A stretch of 64,000 nt of DNA from Mobula hypostoma. Lineage: Eukaryota. Positions 48,441 through 61,532 of the stretch are shown here, one piece after another; positions within the stretch are counted from its first letter, which is position 1; the number at the start of each line of letters is the position of its first letter. Both the position numbers and the translations under genes were made by a program. The notes beneath the pieces were generated by a model. The model saw only the letters and a program-made list of their open reading frames with translations. It was not told the DNA's origin and did no database searches. Location of the stretch: contig NC_086101.1 of NCBI RefSeq assembly GCF_963921235.1, positions 59,024,001 to 59,088,000 of the forward strand, in the 5' to 3' direction.

Positions 48441-49065
48441 GATTAGATTAGATTATGAGGACACGCAGTCCTCTTTTATTGTCATTTAGTAATGCATGCA
48501 ATAAGAAATAATACAATGTTTCTCCAGTGTGATATCACAGAAACACGAGACAGACCAAGACTGAAAAACTGACAAAAATCACATAATTATAACATATAGT
48601 TACAACAGTGCAAGCAATACCGTAATTTGATAGAAGAACAGACTATGGGCACGGTAAAAAAAAGTCTCAAAGTCTCTCGAAAGTCCCAACATTTCACGCA
48701 GACAGTAGAAGGAAGAAAACTCTTCCTGCCATGAGCTTCCAATGCCGCAAACTTGCCAATGCAGCGTCCTGGAAGCACCCGATCACAGTCCAACTCTCAG
48801 TCCGTCCGAAAGCTTCAAGGCTCCGGCCAGCCCTGAGACACTGAGCACTGAACACCATCTCTGCCGAGCGATTTGACCCTAGCCCTGGCCTCCAGCAACA
48901 GGCAAAGCCGAGGATTTGGGGCCTTCCCTCCGGAGATTCTCGATCGCACAGTAGCAGCGGCAGCGAACCGGGCATTTCAGAAGTTTCTCCAGATGTTCCT
49001 CCATGCTTCTCACGTCCCTCTCCATCAAATCAGGATTGTGCACAGCCCCTACTTACACAATAAAC
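48441..49065 (-). mobile_element. Non-coding retroposon family B copy 1 (5'-truncated)
   Basis: Aligns along its length with 61533-62203; AATAAA, hairpin, (ATCTA)n tail. Confidence 0.8.
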
Positions 49066-49344
49066 AACAGGGCCCTGGAGAGTTTTGTAGAATAGAGAGA
49101 CCAAGGTTTCAGGTGCAGTTCCCTGTAAGTGGTGAAGAAGGCTTTTGGCATGCTTGCCTTCATTGGTCAAGTCAAGAATTTAGACATGTTGTAATAGTAC
49201 AAAGTATCAGTGCGAATTCTGTACAGCTTTGGTCACTTAGTTGTAGGAAGGATGTCATTAGCTGGAAAGTGTGTTCAGAAGATTTACCATTAATGTTACT
49301 ATTTGAATTATAAGAACAGCTGTATAGGCTGATTATTTCTTCTC

Positions 49345-49662
49345 CCAGAACATGCCCTGTTCTCATTGTTACCATCAGGAAGGAAGTACAGAAGCCTGAA
49401 GGCACACACTCAGCAATTCAGGAACAGCTTCTTCCCCTCTTCCATCCAATTGCTGAATGGACATTAACGTGACCTCATGACTTCTTGATTTTTAAAATTT
49501 TGCAATACTTGTTTAATTTAACTGCTATATATATATACTGTAATTCATATTTTTCTCTCTGTTATTATGTATTTCATTGTACTGCTGCTCAAAGGCAACA
49601 CATTTCACAACATATGCCGGTGATATTAAACTAACTGTGATTCAGATTCTGCTTCTGATTCT
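49345..49662 (+). mobile_element. Rex1/Babar-like 3' fragment
   Basis: HALFSLLPSGRKYRSL..FRNSFFPSSIQLLN; (GATTCT)n tail. Confidence 0.75.
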
Positions 49663-52600
49663 TTAAGGTGTCGGACACTAAGGGAGTGACCCTACAAAGT
49701 TATATAAAATCATGTGGGCATAGGTAAGATGAACAATCATAGTAATATTTCCAGGTTCGGGGTATCTGAAACAAGAGGACGTTGATTTCAGGCGAGAGGA
49801 GCAAGATTTAAAGGGGACTAACAAGTTCCTCACTTATCACTGCCTTCCTTTGCCAGCCATTAAACTTTCATCCTCTGAAATTTTTCTTGTGAATTGCTAT
49901 TCATGTTCCAATGAATAATCAGACCTCAAAATATGATGCTCCCAATGAAAGTGTAACCTATTCAAGGTTAAGTTTAATTTGCTATAATCCAAAAGCTTTT
50001 CAAAGCTTAAGCAACCTATTGAAATGAGGTTAAAATATTGGGAGCACTGGAAGTATATCTTTATAGAAGTATAGGATCTAATTTACAAAATTGAGAGAGG
50101 AATCGAGTATACGAAGAAAAGAAAGGTACTTTCAAATTTGCTTTAATTAAAGTGATGGCAAAAAAGGAAATGAATTTTGTGTTCAAAAATTTACTACTGC
50201 CGTGGATGGAGATTTTCTGACACTTCTAATCTACTATTAAAGGAGAATTATTATAAATCATTACGGTATAATTATTCCCCCAAATAGCTTAAAACTTGAA
50301 AATACCAGTGCCACTTAGTTGTATAACCTGTGAAATGAACCCTGTCCGATCTGCATAATATTTCGGACATGAACGTTACTCTTTGTACCAAGCAGAGCAT
50401 TGCCAAGGTCAAGTAATTTTGATATTGGTAATTAGGAGTGTTAATGTGGGCTAAAATCATTGTACATTAATACCTTGTCTTCTAAACTAGTGAACCTAGT
50501 TTGTGAAGTGTCGTCGAAGTTCCAAACATAATTTTTTATTCCCTTGTAGAAATGTGAGTTGGGCCAAGCACTGCAGTTTTGTTCAGGAAGGACAAGAATG
50601 AATCAAGCCTATTGTTTCTACACCTGTGTAATGGACAAGGGCAGTAACTTTAGCTCTCTGCATCAGACAATAACAGTTTGCATGTCCCTTAGAAAGAGAA
50701 TTGCATGGTAAGTCTTATGTTGTTTACTTAATACTTGTCAAAGATAACTTTTATCACAAAGGCACCATTGACAACTTCCATTTATTTGGTACTTATTGTA
50801 CATCTAATTAGTTTTCAGGTGCTTTTAAAGGTCAAAAGGCGGGGAGAGAGAGAGGGGGAGAGTTGAGAAACATCCTGTTGTGTATGTGCATTATAGGGTG
50901 CTGATATGATTTTGCACTGTGAAGGTAATCAAGGATACACCAGAGGCTAGTGTTGGAGCAGGAGGACTAGCAAGGAATAAAGTCATGGGATGATTTGAAA
51001 ATAAGGATTAAAAAAATTAAAAAGGAGTTACAGTTAGATGGACAACAAGTGAGTTCAAGCCTGACAGATGTGCAAATGTAAGTTCAAATGGCCATGGCTG
51101 AGTAAAATGATTTTAATAATCTGTAAATTTCATTCTTTGGTCACTAAGTAAACCCTAACTGCATGCAGAACAATTTTGTATAATTTTGCATTTGTTGTTG
51201 CTACTACCCAATATAACTTTGCATCACAGAACCTACAATGGAAATACACAGACATCTGTTGACTTTTACTCTGCCATTGGTTACAATATTAAGTTAGCTC
51301 TTTACTCACAAATATTGACATATATTTGTTAAGCTAAAACAACATCCAAAATGATTGGTAACCCACTCAACTTGCAACACTCATTAGATGCTAAAATTTC
51401 ACCATGAGGCTGTGAGGAAGTCTCACTCTGAAACACGTTGGCAATATGACTGGTAACTCCCTTGAAATTTTTTTTCCAGAACTTTATACGCATTCTTGTT
51501 TTGATTTTGTTTTATGATGGTTATGCATAAAATGGCAACAGTAAGAGATCTTCTGAACAGATAAAAGCAATATTAGATATAAATGGGAATATATATTTCT
51601 TTATAAATAAATGCAGGAAAATATCTTTGAATGGTATCTTCCATGATTGGCAAGGGAATATAGAATCAGTTTTATTTATCTTAGAATAACCTGACAGGAA
51701 GCAATGCCGAAAAGTATTAACGCACACTGACATTTAGAGGATTTTGGCACTCCAGAGAATTAGTATGTTTACCTACACCATAGACCTCAGTATAGTTGAT
51801 TAATGCATTGGAACCACCTGCAGCAAACTTAAACAGGAAAAGTCAATGTGAAATGTTGACACAAAACTTTAGTGTTAAGAAGAGACATCTACACATTAAA
51901 CAGTTGCATGGAGCCATCACACTTACAGGTTAGTTTCAATAAATCATCCTCCTGTGTATTCACCTCATATGGCAAGAACATAATTTTACAAAGTAAACAT
52001 CATTTGTCTTTGGTCATAACTGTGTAAGCTGCAGACTTCGATGATCAACTGAAGTGTTTTTCAATTTTAAAGTATTAATATTTAAGAAGTAAGAACTTAA
52101 GCATTTCCATTAACCTTCTAATCAGTTAGGTTTTCAACACATAATCAACAGTACAACTTCTGAGTGTCAGAAATTATTCTTTTACTAAAGCTAAAAATAT
52201 AACCATATGCTTGGGTCAGTCCTATATTCAGGAGTTGGAACAATACAAATAATTCACACTAAGTTTGTTTTGCATGCTTAGAAGGAGTTTCATGGTTTAA
52301 TTTGGTTAGGGGCCAATTCTTACAGCAAGCATGAATCCTCCTATTATGACAAATCCTTCTCTTAGATATCCATACGCACAGTATGTGTGTTTATGGCCTT
52401 ATAACTATAAAAATGTTTCTTTGCAAAGTTGGAATGTGTACACCTATTTTCGAGACCTCTGCAGTCATATCAATATTCTAGAAAGAAAATACTAGAGACT
52501 GCCAACAGAAGAGTATTTTCACCTTTTCTTACTCTTAATCTACCAATCTTCACGTTAAGGTGAAAATTAGCATAATGTTGACCAAGTGCTGAGGAGTCTT

Positions 52601-53044
52601 TGGCCAAGTAACTGGATCTCACAGAAACACTGGCCCCTACCTTCTCCCAACTGGTGCCTGTAGCTTTAACTTGTGCCCACAGCTGCCACAGAGTAAAAGA
52701 ACATCCATCTATCATTGGAGCTATATGAAGCAGCAAGGCCAATAGTTCAGTCCTGCCACCAGCATCATTAGATACATATGATCTCTGGGCCTTTGGTTTT
52801 CTCCAGTGTTCATTTGGATCCAGACTGTCAATTTAAACTACTGATGTTCTCTTTTCAATCATTGCGAAAAGCACTTTCACACTCCAAAAAATAGTCCTCA
52901 GAGAATAGTTCCCATGAAGCATTTTTCAGAATCAGAAACAGAATCAGGTTTAATATTACCGACATATGTTCTGAAATTTGTGAACATTGTAGCAGCAGTA
53001 CAATGTATAATTATAGAGCAACTGTTAATTACGGTAAAAATATA

Positions 53045-55202
53045 TATAATGCCCTCGGTAAGATTTCTGCTGCTATGCTGTGAGGTATTTTTACTTCAGC
53101 AGTTTTCAGTAAAGCAGAGTGTCCTGCTAGTATGAATGTTTTCTCTTCAGCTAAAGATAAGGAGACATGTTGTCCAACTTAGGAAAGTGGTGTCAGCCAT
53201 TCGGAGTTAGCTTTGTAAGTGTCATAACTTTCAGCCCAGTGGAACCCCCAGGAGTGCTGGGTGGTAGCAGATTTCTGAAGGACAGTAATCTAGTTTGTTT
53301 TTTTTTGGCAGGAGCTGCAGAGTGCTGTTCGAAGGAGAGTCCCACTTGCAAGATGTGCGTTGTGCCAATAAAAGGCTCCAAGGAAGAAGGGTCAGTACTC
53401 CTGAGAAAGCCAATTCACTTGAGATGGCCTTTCAGGGACACTCAGACTGTGGCGGTTGCCTTTATCAAGACCATGGGTCCAAAGCGTGAGTAAAGCTCTG
53501 ACTACTCCAGAAATGAGCTCCAACATTTATGTGCACATTTAGACTGGTTTAACTGTAATAGGCCCTTCTAATTTTATTTGCTTTTCTGTAACTGTTAGTT
53601 AAAATTGAAAATTTGGAAAATGTATTTCTTTTGTTATCTTATACTGGTGTACAATCTGTTAATTTTCTGGTCAACAATAACTTTGCATGGAGCAGTATTT
53701 ACACAGCATTCACTATAATTCATGTTCCTCCCTGGAACATCCCACCTTTCCTGTTTGGTTGAACCCCGTGTCATAGATGTATCTTGCTTATGAAAGGTGG
53801 CCTTCTCACTGGTGAGTCACATGACTGCTAGCAGAGTTAACTAAGGAGTCAAGATTGTATATGAGCCCGGTAAGAGGGTTGCATTTGTGAGCATCTCGTC
53901 TGGATTTGGGTGCTGTGTGAATACTGTATAAGGATTGATTAAGCAGTTTATTTGTGTGTTTAAGCCAGCGTTTATGGAAAGAGAGGTGTATCGTAATTAA
54001 GATGCTTTATGTTTGATGGCACGGGGATTAAGGGTGGGTGCAATTCGAAAAAGATACCCACAGGTAATGCTCGTGTTCTGAGTTGGGGGGATATTCACAT
54101 TCGCAATGAAATCCTACTTAGAGTGCTGAGTTCTGTAAAAGTATTGGGGCAAGTTACGCTGATTGAACAACACTTTGACTAATCAGCTGGTAAGGATGTC
54201 ATGATAGTCGAGACTACTAGTGACGCAAAATGAAGTTGCACTGCCCAATAGAATAGGGCCACCTGGGGAGGTGGGACAATGGGTAACCCATAGTTTTGGA
54301 GAAGAGGTGGATGTAGCTGAGGATGAAGAGTTTAAAGACAAATTGTTCTCGCTTCTGTGAAGAGAGGGAAAGGAGATGTCTGATGTGAGAAGTCAGATAT
54401 GTCCATTAGCAGCTTATTTAATTCCTGAGCTGATTTTGACTATTACATCACTGGTTGATAAATGCCACAGTGTACCTGTGGAGAGCCAAAATTATCATAG
54501 GCTGAGGACGTTCTCTAGAGTAAGCAGACATCCGATGGGGAAGAAGAATGTGAGGCCTGGGCTGAGCGGACATCTCAGTTACTGGATTTATAGCAGTGCT
54601 CAAATAATATGAAAGAGACAGAGATTGGTAGAGAGTTTAAAGGGTCTTGCAGCTGATAAGGTGAAGTTCCTAAAGAAACCCCATTCCACGAAGGAGGAGA
54701 GAAGCTGTTTGCCTACCTTTTCAGATTGGAGAAATTGCTGCACTATTTGTGCCACAAAGGGGGCCTTCATACAACTGTGGTTTCAGTGTGTGAGTAAAGC
54801 GATACACCCTGACTACTCCAGAAATGAGCTCCAACCTTTATGTGCACATTTAGACTGGTTTAACTTTAATGGGCTCTTCAAATTACATTTTTTTTTAGTA
54901 ATTGTTTGTTGGTGATGAAAATTTGTTAAATACATCTATTTTGTAATTTTATACTGGTGTACAACCTGCTAATTTTCTGGTGAACAGTAACTTTGCAAGG
55001 AGCAGTATTTACATAGCATTCACTACAATTCATATTCCTCCTCAGAACACCCCACATTTCCTGTTTGGTTGAACCTCAAATCATGCCAACCATAGATGTA
55101 TATTGCTAATGAAAGGTGGCCTTCTCATTGCTGAGTCACATGGCTGTTAGAAAAGTTATCAAACAAGCCAAGTTTGTATATGAGCCTGGTGAGAGTGTTG
55201 CA
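53045..55202 (+). mobile_element. Internally deleted Gypsy LTR element with PNMA-like gag
   Basis: 5' LTR about 53045-53883; partial 3' LTR about 54770-55202 aligning to 53470-53883; TATA on both flanks; degenerate tRNA-Pro-like PBS (CTCGTCTGGAT) at about 53887-53905. Confidence 0.8.
54009..54690 (+). pseudogene. gag: PNMA-like Gag remnant
   Basis: NARVLSWGDIHIRNEILLRVLSSVKVLGQV; IGPPGEVGQW; YHRLRTFS; GEEECEAWAERTSQLLD; RQRLVESLKGLAAD. Confidence 0.75.
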
Positions 55203-56344
55203 TATACACACATGTTATTTGCAGTGTATGTGTGTGTGTATATATATGTATATATGTATATACAATAGAAATAAAAATGTAGCGAGGTAGTGTTCATGAG
55301 TTCAATGTCCATTCAGAAATTGGATGGCAGAGGGAAAGAAGCTGTTTCTGATTTGTTAAGCATGTGTCTCCTCTACCCTCCTCCCTGAGGGTAGCAATGA
55401 AAAGGAGGCATGTTCTGAGCGAATGGGGCTCTGAATAAAGGACACTGCCTTTTTGAGACATCACTTCTTGAAGTTGTCTTGGATTTCACGGAAGCTATTT
55501 CCCATTGTGGATCTGACTAATTTCACATCTCTCTGCAGCTTACTTTGATCCTGTGTAGTTGCACCCCCATGGCAAATGGTGATGCAACTAGTTAGAATGC
55601 TCTCCAAGATACATCTGTAGAAATTATGTACTTGGTGCTGCATCTTGCTCTTCATGTAGAGGAGAAACGAAGCAAAGGAGCGAAATTTCACTCCAGGATT
55701 AAATGTCATGCAGAAATCATCTTACAAAGCATGCCAAAATGCTGTACTGATAAAGCCTGTTCACTTTTCCCGAAGGTGATGGCCATTTGTCACTGTGCCA
55801 TGCACTTTCCTTCCTTTCTTCTTTCATGTTCTTCCATCCTCGTTCTTCTTCTTGGAAGAAAGTGCCAAGTTGTGTTGAATATCATGAATTACTTCATCTT
55901 GGAATGGCTGCAGGTTAGTTCCTATGAATCTTAAAGCCAGTCAGAAAGTCAATGGAATTCAAGGCCCATCTATCACCAGCATTCGGTAGAGTGATTAACT
56001 AAAGCAGAACAGCAGTCCTCTCAAGCAGTTCACTATACGAGTATTCCCAGCTTAAACTAATTGTCTGAAAATGTGTTAAAACAGATTACACAGTTGTTTG
56101 ATCATTTTAGCAACTGAATAAAATTAGGACACCTGCCAAGAGGTTGAATGAGATACTTGTTGCCAGAATTTCCATTTATCAAAACAACATCTAAAAATTT
56201 ATAACAAAGAAAATCAAGTTACCCAGCCCAGCAAAAACAGTGATTGGTGAAGAAGGGCACTAATTCCACGGTCTGATTGTGACTGGAAAACCTGATGGGT
56301 TTTCCCTCTCTACTTTAAAGGTACTGAGAAAACTTCATGTACGC

Positions 56345-57095
56345 CCACTGCATCAAAAAATGTTCTGCTGGCCAGCAGCATCAGTGGAAGAAAAAAGACA
56401 GTCAACTTTTCTGGTCAAGGTCCTTCATGTGGACTGAGAGTAGAGATGAAATAGCCAATATAAAGGAGTGAGGGGATGATGTCGGGCAATAGCTGGAACA
56501 CGGGTGTGGGGGGTGTTGATTGGTTGATGGAACCAGGAAGGTGGGGGAAAGGTGGAGACAGCAACAAAGATTGGGAGAGGTAAGTGGAGATAGCAAAGGG
56601 CTGTAGATAATGGAATCTGATAAGAAGGGAAGATGAAGAGTGAAACCAGATAAGGGAGAGATGGTGGGCAGATGGGGACAGTGGTGTAGGAGGTGATAGG
56701 GACTCAACTGAAGGAGTGCCAAGGCAATGGGCAAATGGATGAGGAGGAGGAGAGCAAAACTAGGTGGTAAGTGGCCGGAGGTGAGGGTTGGGCAAGAAAA
56801 GGCTATGATATAGAATTTTGGTAGATAGGAGAGAAAAGGGGCAGAAAGAGAGCAGGTTAAGTGAAATTAGAGAGTTTAGTATTGGTGCTGTCAGGTTATA
56901 GACTTTGTAGGTGGAATGTGAGATACCATTCTTCTCATTTGCATTTCATCTCACTCTGACAGTGGAGGTGCTAAGGATAGACTGGTGTTGCAATGGGAAG
57001 GGGAACTAAAATTTTTTGCAACTGGGAGCTCCAGAAGGCCATCATAAACAGAGCATAAGATCTTGGCAAAGCAGCTAACAAGAACTGGAGTGAAT
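56345..57095 (-). mobile_element. Highly degenerate Penelope-like fragment
   Basis: Decayed hammerhead at about 56400-56436; purine-rich UTR; remnants of the endonuclease C-terminus. Confidence 0.5.
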
Positions 57096-57097
57096 TG

Positions 57098-58215
57098 GGA
57101 GGTAAAACAGAAACTGGGGCTGTTGGTATGGTGCACCATATCAATATCTGGGGACAACCTGGTCATCAGGTGTGAGATGCTCTGCAGTGCTCTAAGGCAG
57201 TTGGAGCAGATGTGGCCCACTCCACCACCTGAGCTGTCTTCCAGTTCATCTGAGGATCCAAGACGGAGTGAATTAGGTGAATAACAGTGCTCACATCCAT
57301 GGACAACAATGTCACCCTCAGCCTGATGAACACCACCATCTGTAGCAGCATCATGCTCTGTGTGAAACCTAAGTCTGTGGGCATCAGGTAGCACTAGGTG
57401 CTGAGGCTCTATCTGTCTCCGGTGGTCTGGCTCCATCACCGTGCAACATCCAAGTCAGCTGAATGTTGGCTTTGTGGAAAGGTTCATCCAGACCATGTGG
57501 TCAGCTCAGGTCAGCCTGCAGACTCTGCAATAGAAGGTCTCAATGGATACAGTGGGGTGGTTCCCTGAGCAGACTGTTCGGATCATCAGGCAGAATGCCT
57601 CTTGCCAGATCTCACCAGCAGGCACCAGGATCTGTTGTGGCTGGTAACGAGCGGGCCTCTCCCGGTCAGATCTTTCCTGCATGCCTGGAACATCACTCCC
57701 ATGATGTGCAGCCCTAGAGAGAACTGTAGTGGGGTTGAAATGGTCGCTCGGCTTTCTGAGGGCTGTGGGCTTGTAAAGAGGCCGTAGAGAAAGATGTAAG
57801 GGCCTGTGTCATGAGCAGCTGTGCAACAGAGATCTGACGTATGAGCTGTTCTCCAGACCACACACAGAGATAGACATCAATTGCTGCTGGAAGGTCATCA
57901 AATCACTGAAAGATACCTTTTCATCTGCTGAAACTCGTTGGTCTGCCAGCACATTGAGATGTCCATAAAGGCACACTGCTGAGTGACATATTCCAGGCTG
58001 CATGAGTATGCGTTGAGTGATGCATTGAGATTTTGTGTAGCAATGTCAGGGGCTCGGTGGGGGTGGATAGGGATGAATTGCGGTGGGTGAGAAAGCCGCC
58101 CAATTATTGTAGTAGTGTACCACCCCAGGGGCCATATGAGCAGCAATGATGCTATTGGTTGTAAAAAATGCAACTGTCACTAAACACATTCTACAAATGT
58201 AAGGATGATAAGGTA
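57098..58215 (+). mobile_element. Tx1-like LINE 3' fragment
   Basis: VKQKLG..ISISGDNLVIRCE; NVTLSLM..IMLCV.P..VLRLYLSPV; HQDLLWLVTSGPLPVRSFLHA..CSPRENCSGVE. Confidence 0.7.
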
Positions 58216-58430
58216 TTGCATGGTTTATTCTTGTAAGTTTCTTTTTTGTTGTTTTCTCTACTTATCACCTCTGTCACTATCTCAACCCTTCCCTTGAGTT
58301 GGTTCCATCAGTGTAAGAAGCCTTCTTTACCTGGATCCACCTATTGCTGGCCAGCTCTTCACCCACCCCTCCCCCTCACTGCCTTATGCTATCACGCCTC
58401 TCCATTTTCATTCCAGATGAAAGTTCTCAA

Positions 58431-58852
58431 TGTCAGGGTCACTAGCAAACTCAAGTGCAGGAATCCTGGAAACTTCGACAATTGAGAAAAAAGTTTTATT
58501 ACAGAAATTAACCAGTAAAACTAACAAGAACGCAGGCAAATTTTACAGAATCGTGAAGAACTGAAATTACTCCTGATACACAGAAGAACTCAGACAATGT
58601 TTCACCAAGGATCCACAATGACCGAACAAAAAGGAGTTCGCATGTCCCCTCGAAATACACCCTGGAGCATGTAGAAATTCAGGGCCAGTCAGACAGCCCG
58701 GGTACCCAGATGAAGCAATAAGCCCCAAAGACAATAACTATAATGCAAGTCATTGAAAATCCAATGCTAATTCAATTACGACAAATTGAATAAAAGTGAT
58801 AAATATAAAGAGATTTTAACAATCCCCATGATACCAAATGAGACGTGCGACA
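58431..58852 (-). mobile_element. Probable solo LTR (422 bp)
   Basis: TGTC...GACA termini; minus-strand AATAAA at 58495-58500; ends CCCTGACA like the sushi LTR; no clean TSD. Confidence 0.55.
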
Positions 58853-59644
58853 CAAAGTGAAAACACAGAGCTAGTCCAAAGGCAAACAATTAGATAAAAA
58901 AAGGTAAGTAATCTAAGGGATGCTGCATTCTGAGAAAATGCAATCCACATGCTAACTGAAAGAAATCTTTTTTTCCCTTTTAAAAAAAAATGACCTATGG
59001 TTGTGACACTCGACTTATGATGGATATTTATTATCCAGGGTTAGGAGGCTTCTTGATGAACTCTCAGCCTTTTGGCACTGCAAAATAAACTGTTCATGGT
59101 TGAAGATGCTAATTGTTAATGTTAAAGTAGTATTATTTGGCCATCCTCTTGAGAAACAATACTGTCCAGGCTATTGTTGTCTGCACTGAGACTGCAACTT
59201 AATAATAAGAAACAAGAATCAAATGACTGGCAAAAAAGATATAAATATTAGAAGGTGGAGGGATGAGGAGGAGTTATATTGATGAAGACAGTCCACTCAC
59301 TTTGCCTTGATCCAGGAAGAATCTATTCCCTCAGCCTCCATTTTGCGACAGACAGTATGCTCACCTGCAGCTCATTGGTTTTCTAATTTGTATGAATTAG
59401 ATTTGCCATTGGAAATCCTTTGTAGAATTTCAATCTCTTTTTGAATTATTCCATGTGCTCCATTAAAATAAACTGACTATGCTTAATCTGCTTTATTCCT
59501 GGAAAAGTCTCCACCTTGGATGGGAGGTGGGACTAAACTGCACAAAATTGTGATTATTGACAGCTAATTCCCTTCAGAAAAATAGATGCAGTTAAGTAAA
59601 TTAGTCATTGACTTATGGGTTGATGTAGTCTAATCTCCATTACG

Positions 59645-59865
59645 TGGAATGTGAGTGTGTGGAGTGAGCTGCCAGCACAAGTGGCACATGCAAGCTCACC
59701 TTTAACATTTAAAACAAGTTTGGTAGGTACATGGATGGGAGGAGTATAGATGACTTTGCTCCCAGTGCAGGTTGATATGGCTAGGCAGTTTAAATGGTTT
59801 GGCACAGACCAGATGGAGCAGAATAGCCAGTCTCTGTGCTGTACTTTTCTACGACTTGACTCTAA
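59645..59865 (+). mobile_element. CR1 3' fragment
   Basis: VWSELPAQV..TFKTSLVGTWMG; 3' hairpin GGCACAG...CTGTGCT. Confidence 0.7.
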
Positions 59866-61532
59866 GTGAGAGCATGTTTAGACACCTATAAGACTTCAGC
59901 TCCTGGCTTTAGTTTAGGACTCTAGAATATGTACACTCAATGTGAATTTTGACCCTTAACATCAACTGGTCTATTTCCCTCCACAAATCCTGCCAAATCC
60001 ATTAAACTCCACCAGCAGCTGGGCTTAGCTGTGAGTTTCCAACATCTGCAGGGTCATCTGCCTCCATACGCTCTATCATCGTGGATGAAGTCTACTTTCC
60101 AGATACTGGGCAGTAATCAAATCTTTTGACTTTCTGCAATGGAGAGCACTCAGTAAATGCACTCTTTACACGCACGCGCAGATATGCAAACATTACGTTT
60201 TCATTCTCTGTCATTGCGCTGAGTGTATGTACTTGAATGTCTTCCTCGGTATACTCTCAAAATTGGTCCTAAATCGAGCTGATGCGCTTGGATTGACGTT
60301 ATAGCATCTTTCCCGCCATACACATTGGAACATTCCACTTTTTTAATGGGTATGTGTAAATGGTAATATATTGTTTATGTACTACACTTAAGGTGGACAT
60401 TTATGTTTATTTTGTAACGTGATTAGAATTACATTGTGGGGCGCATCAAATTCTAATTCAATGTATAGTCTTAAGTTAACATTCTGGGTAATTAAAGATA
60501 GAGTGTCCTGGTGCTTAATAAATAGAGCTCATTGCTCTCAATTGGAGAGAGAGATTGAGATTGCTGTAAGTTCATCCTGTTCAGTACCTAATCACTAGAA
60601 ATTAGCAACATTATGACCACTTAGCAATAAAATGATTGTTTTGTTCTAATTTGTTTTATTTCTTATAAAAGAAATGTATAATTTGTGCTTAATTTATGCT
60701 TTCCTTATATGATGCAATGTGCCTGTGATGCTGCTGTAAGTAAGTGTTTCATTGCATCTGCGCACAGATGTACCTGGGCATCTGACAATAAACTTGATCT
60801 TGACTTTGACTATTTAGTAAAGGGATACTGGTGGAGGTCTGGTTATCACTTGTTTCTTAATTAATAGACTTTTATTACCTACAGGAACTGTTAAGATATT
60901 TCCAGACAATAAGCTTTCACATGGAAGAGAAATACATCGAGGTTTGTTTGCAAAATCTGTTTACTATTTGGAAGGGCATATTCCAGTTTATCCCGAAAGG
61001 CATGATAAGATTTAAGGTGTATGTACGTGCAAACAGTGGCCCGTCTGCTGACTATGGAACCTTCTTGCTGGTCACATCTCCTTTCCAAGTAACTTAAAAT
61101 AGTTTCATTTCTCGCTCCTCACAATATTCCACAGCTCAGCTCTGATCTTGATCATCCCAATCTCCAGAGTCCAATTTTCCACCTCCCATCAAACTAATCC
61201 CATCTTCCAAAAGCTCCTCAGTTGATGCCACTTATCATCTTGTCATAGGCTGACAGTCTGGCTCGCTGTCAGGCAGGAAGCTGGAAAGAAATTGATAATA
61301 AGATATTGCTGTTAAATTCAGCACAGTTACCTATCACCAGCATATCTGGCTGTTACTCATCCCTCCCCTTCTACTGCCATTCCCTCCTATAGCTTACGGT
61401 CTCTGAAACTCACTGGTGTGATAAGTTATGACAGTTATCACAACTGCACAAATGCAAGAAATAAATACTTTGTTGGATTCCTTTATTCATATGAATTTTT
61501 TTTAACTAAGCTTTCAATTAATACTTTTTAAA

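Larger units (their letters stand above)
47530..49820 (+). mobile_element. Highly degenerate CR1 with later insertions
   Basis: ORFs 47528-47731 (IKVDNSPDPD) and 48006-48374 (WRPVINDVSQGMVLGP..FVDG). Confidence 0.75.
52925..55625 (-). mobile_element. Rex1/Babar-like 3' fragment (52925-53044 and 55207-55625) hosting an LTR element
   Basis: ORF 55461-55709 NFYRCILESILTSCITI; (GATTCT)n tail at about 52928. Confidence 0.7.
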
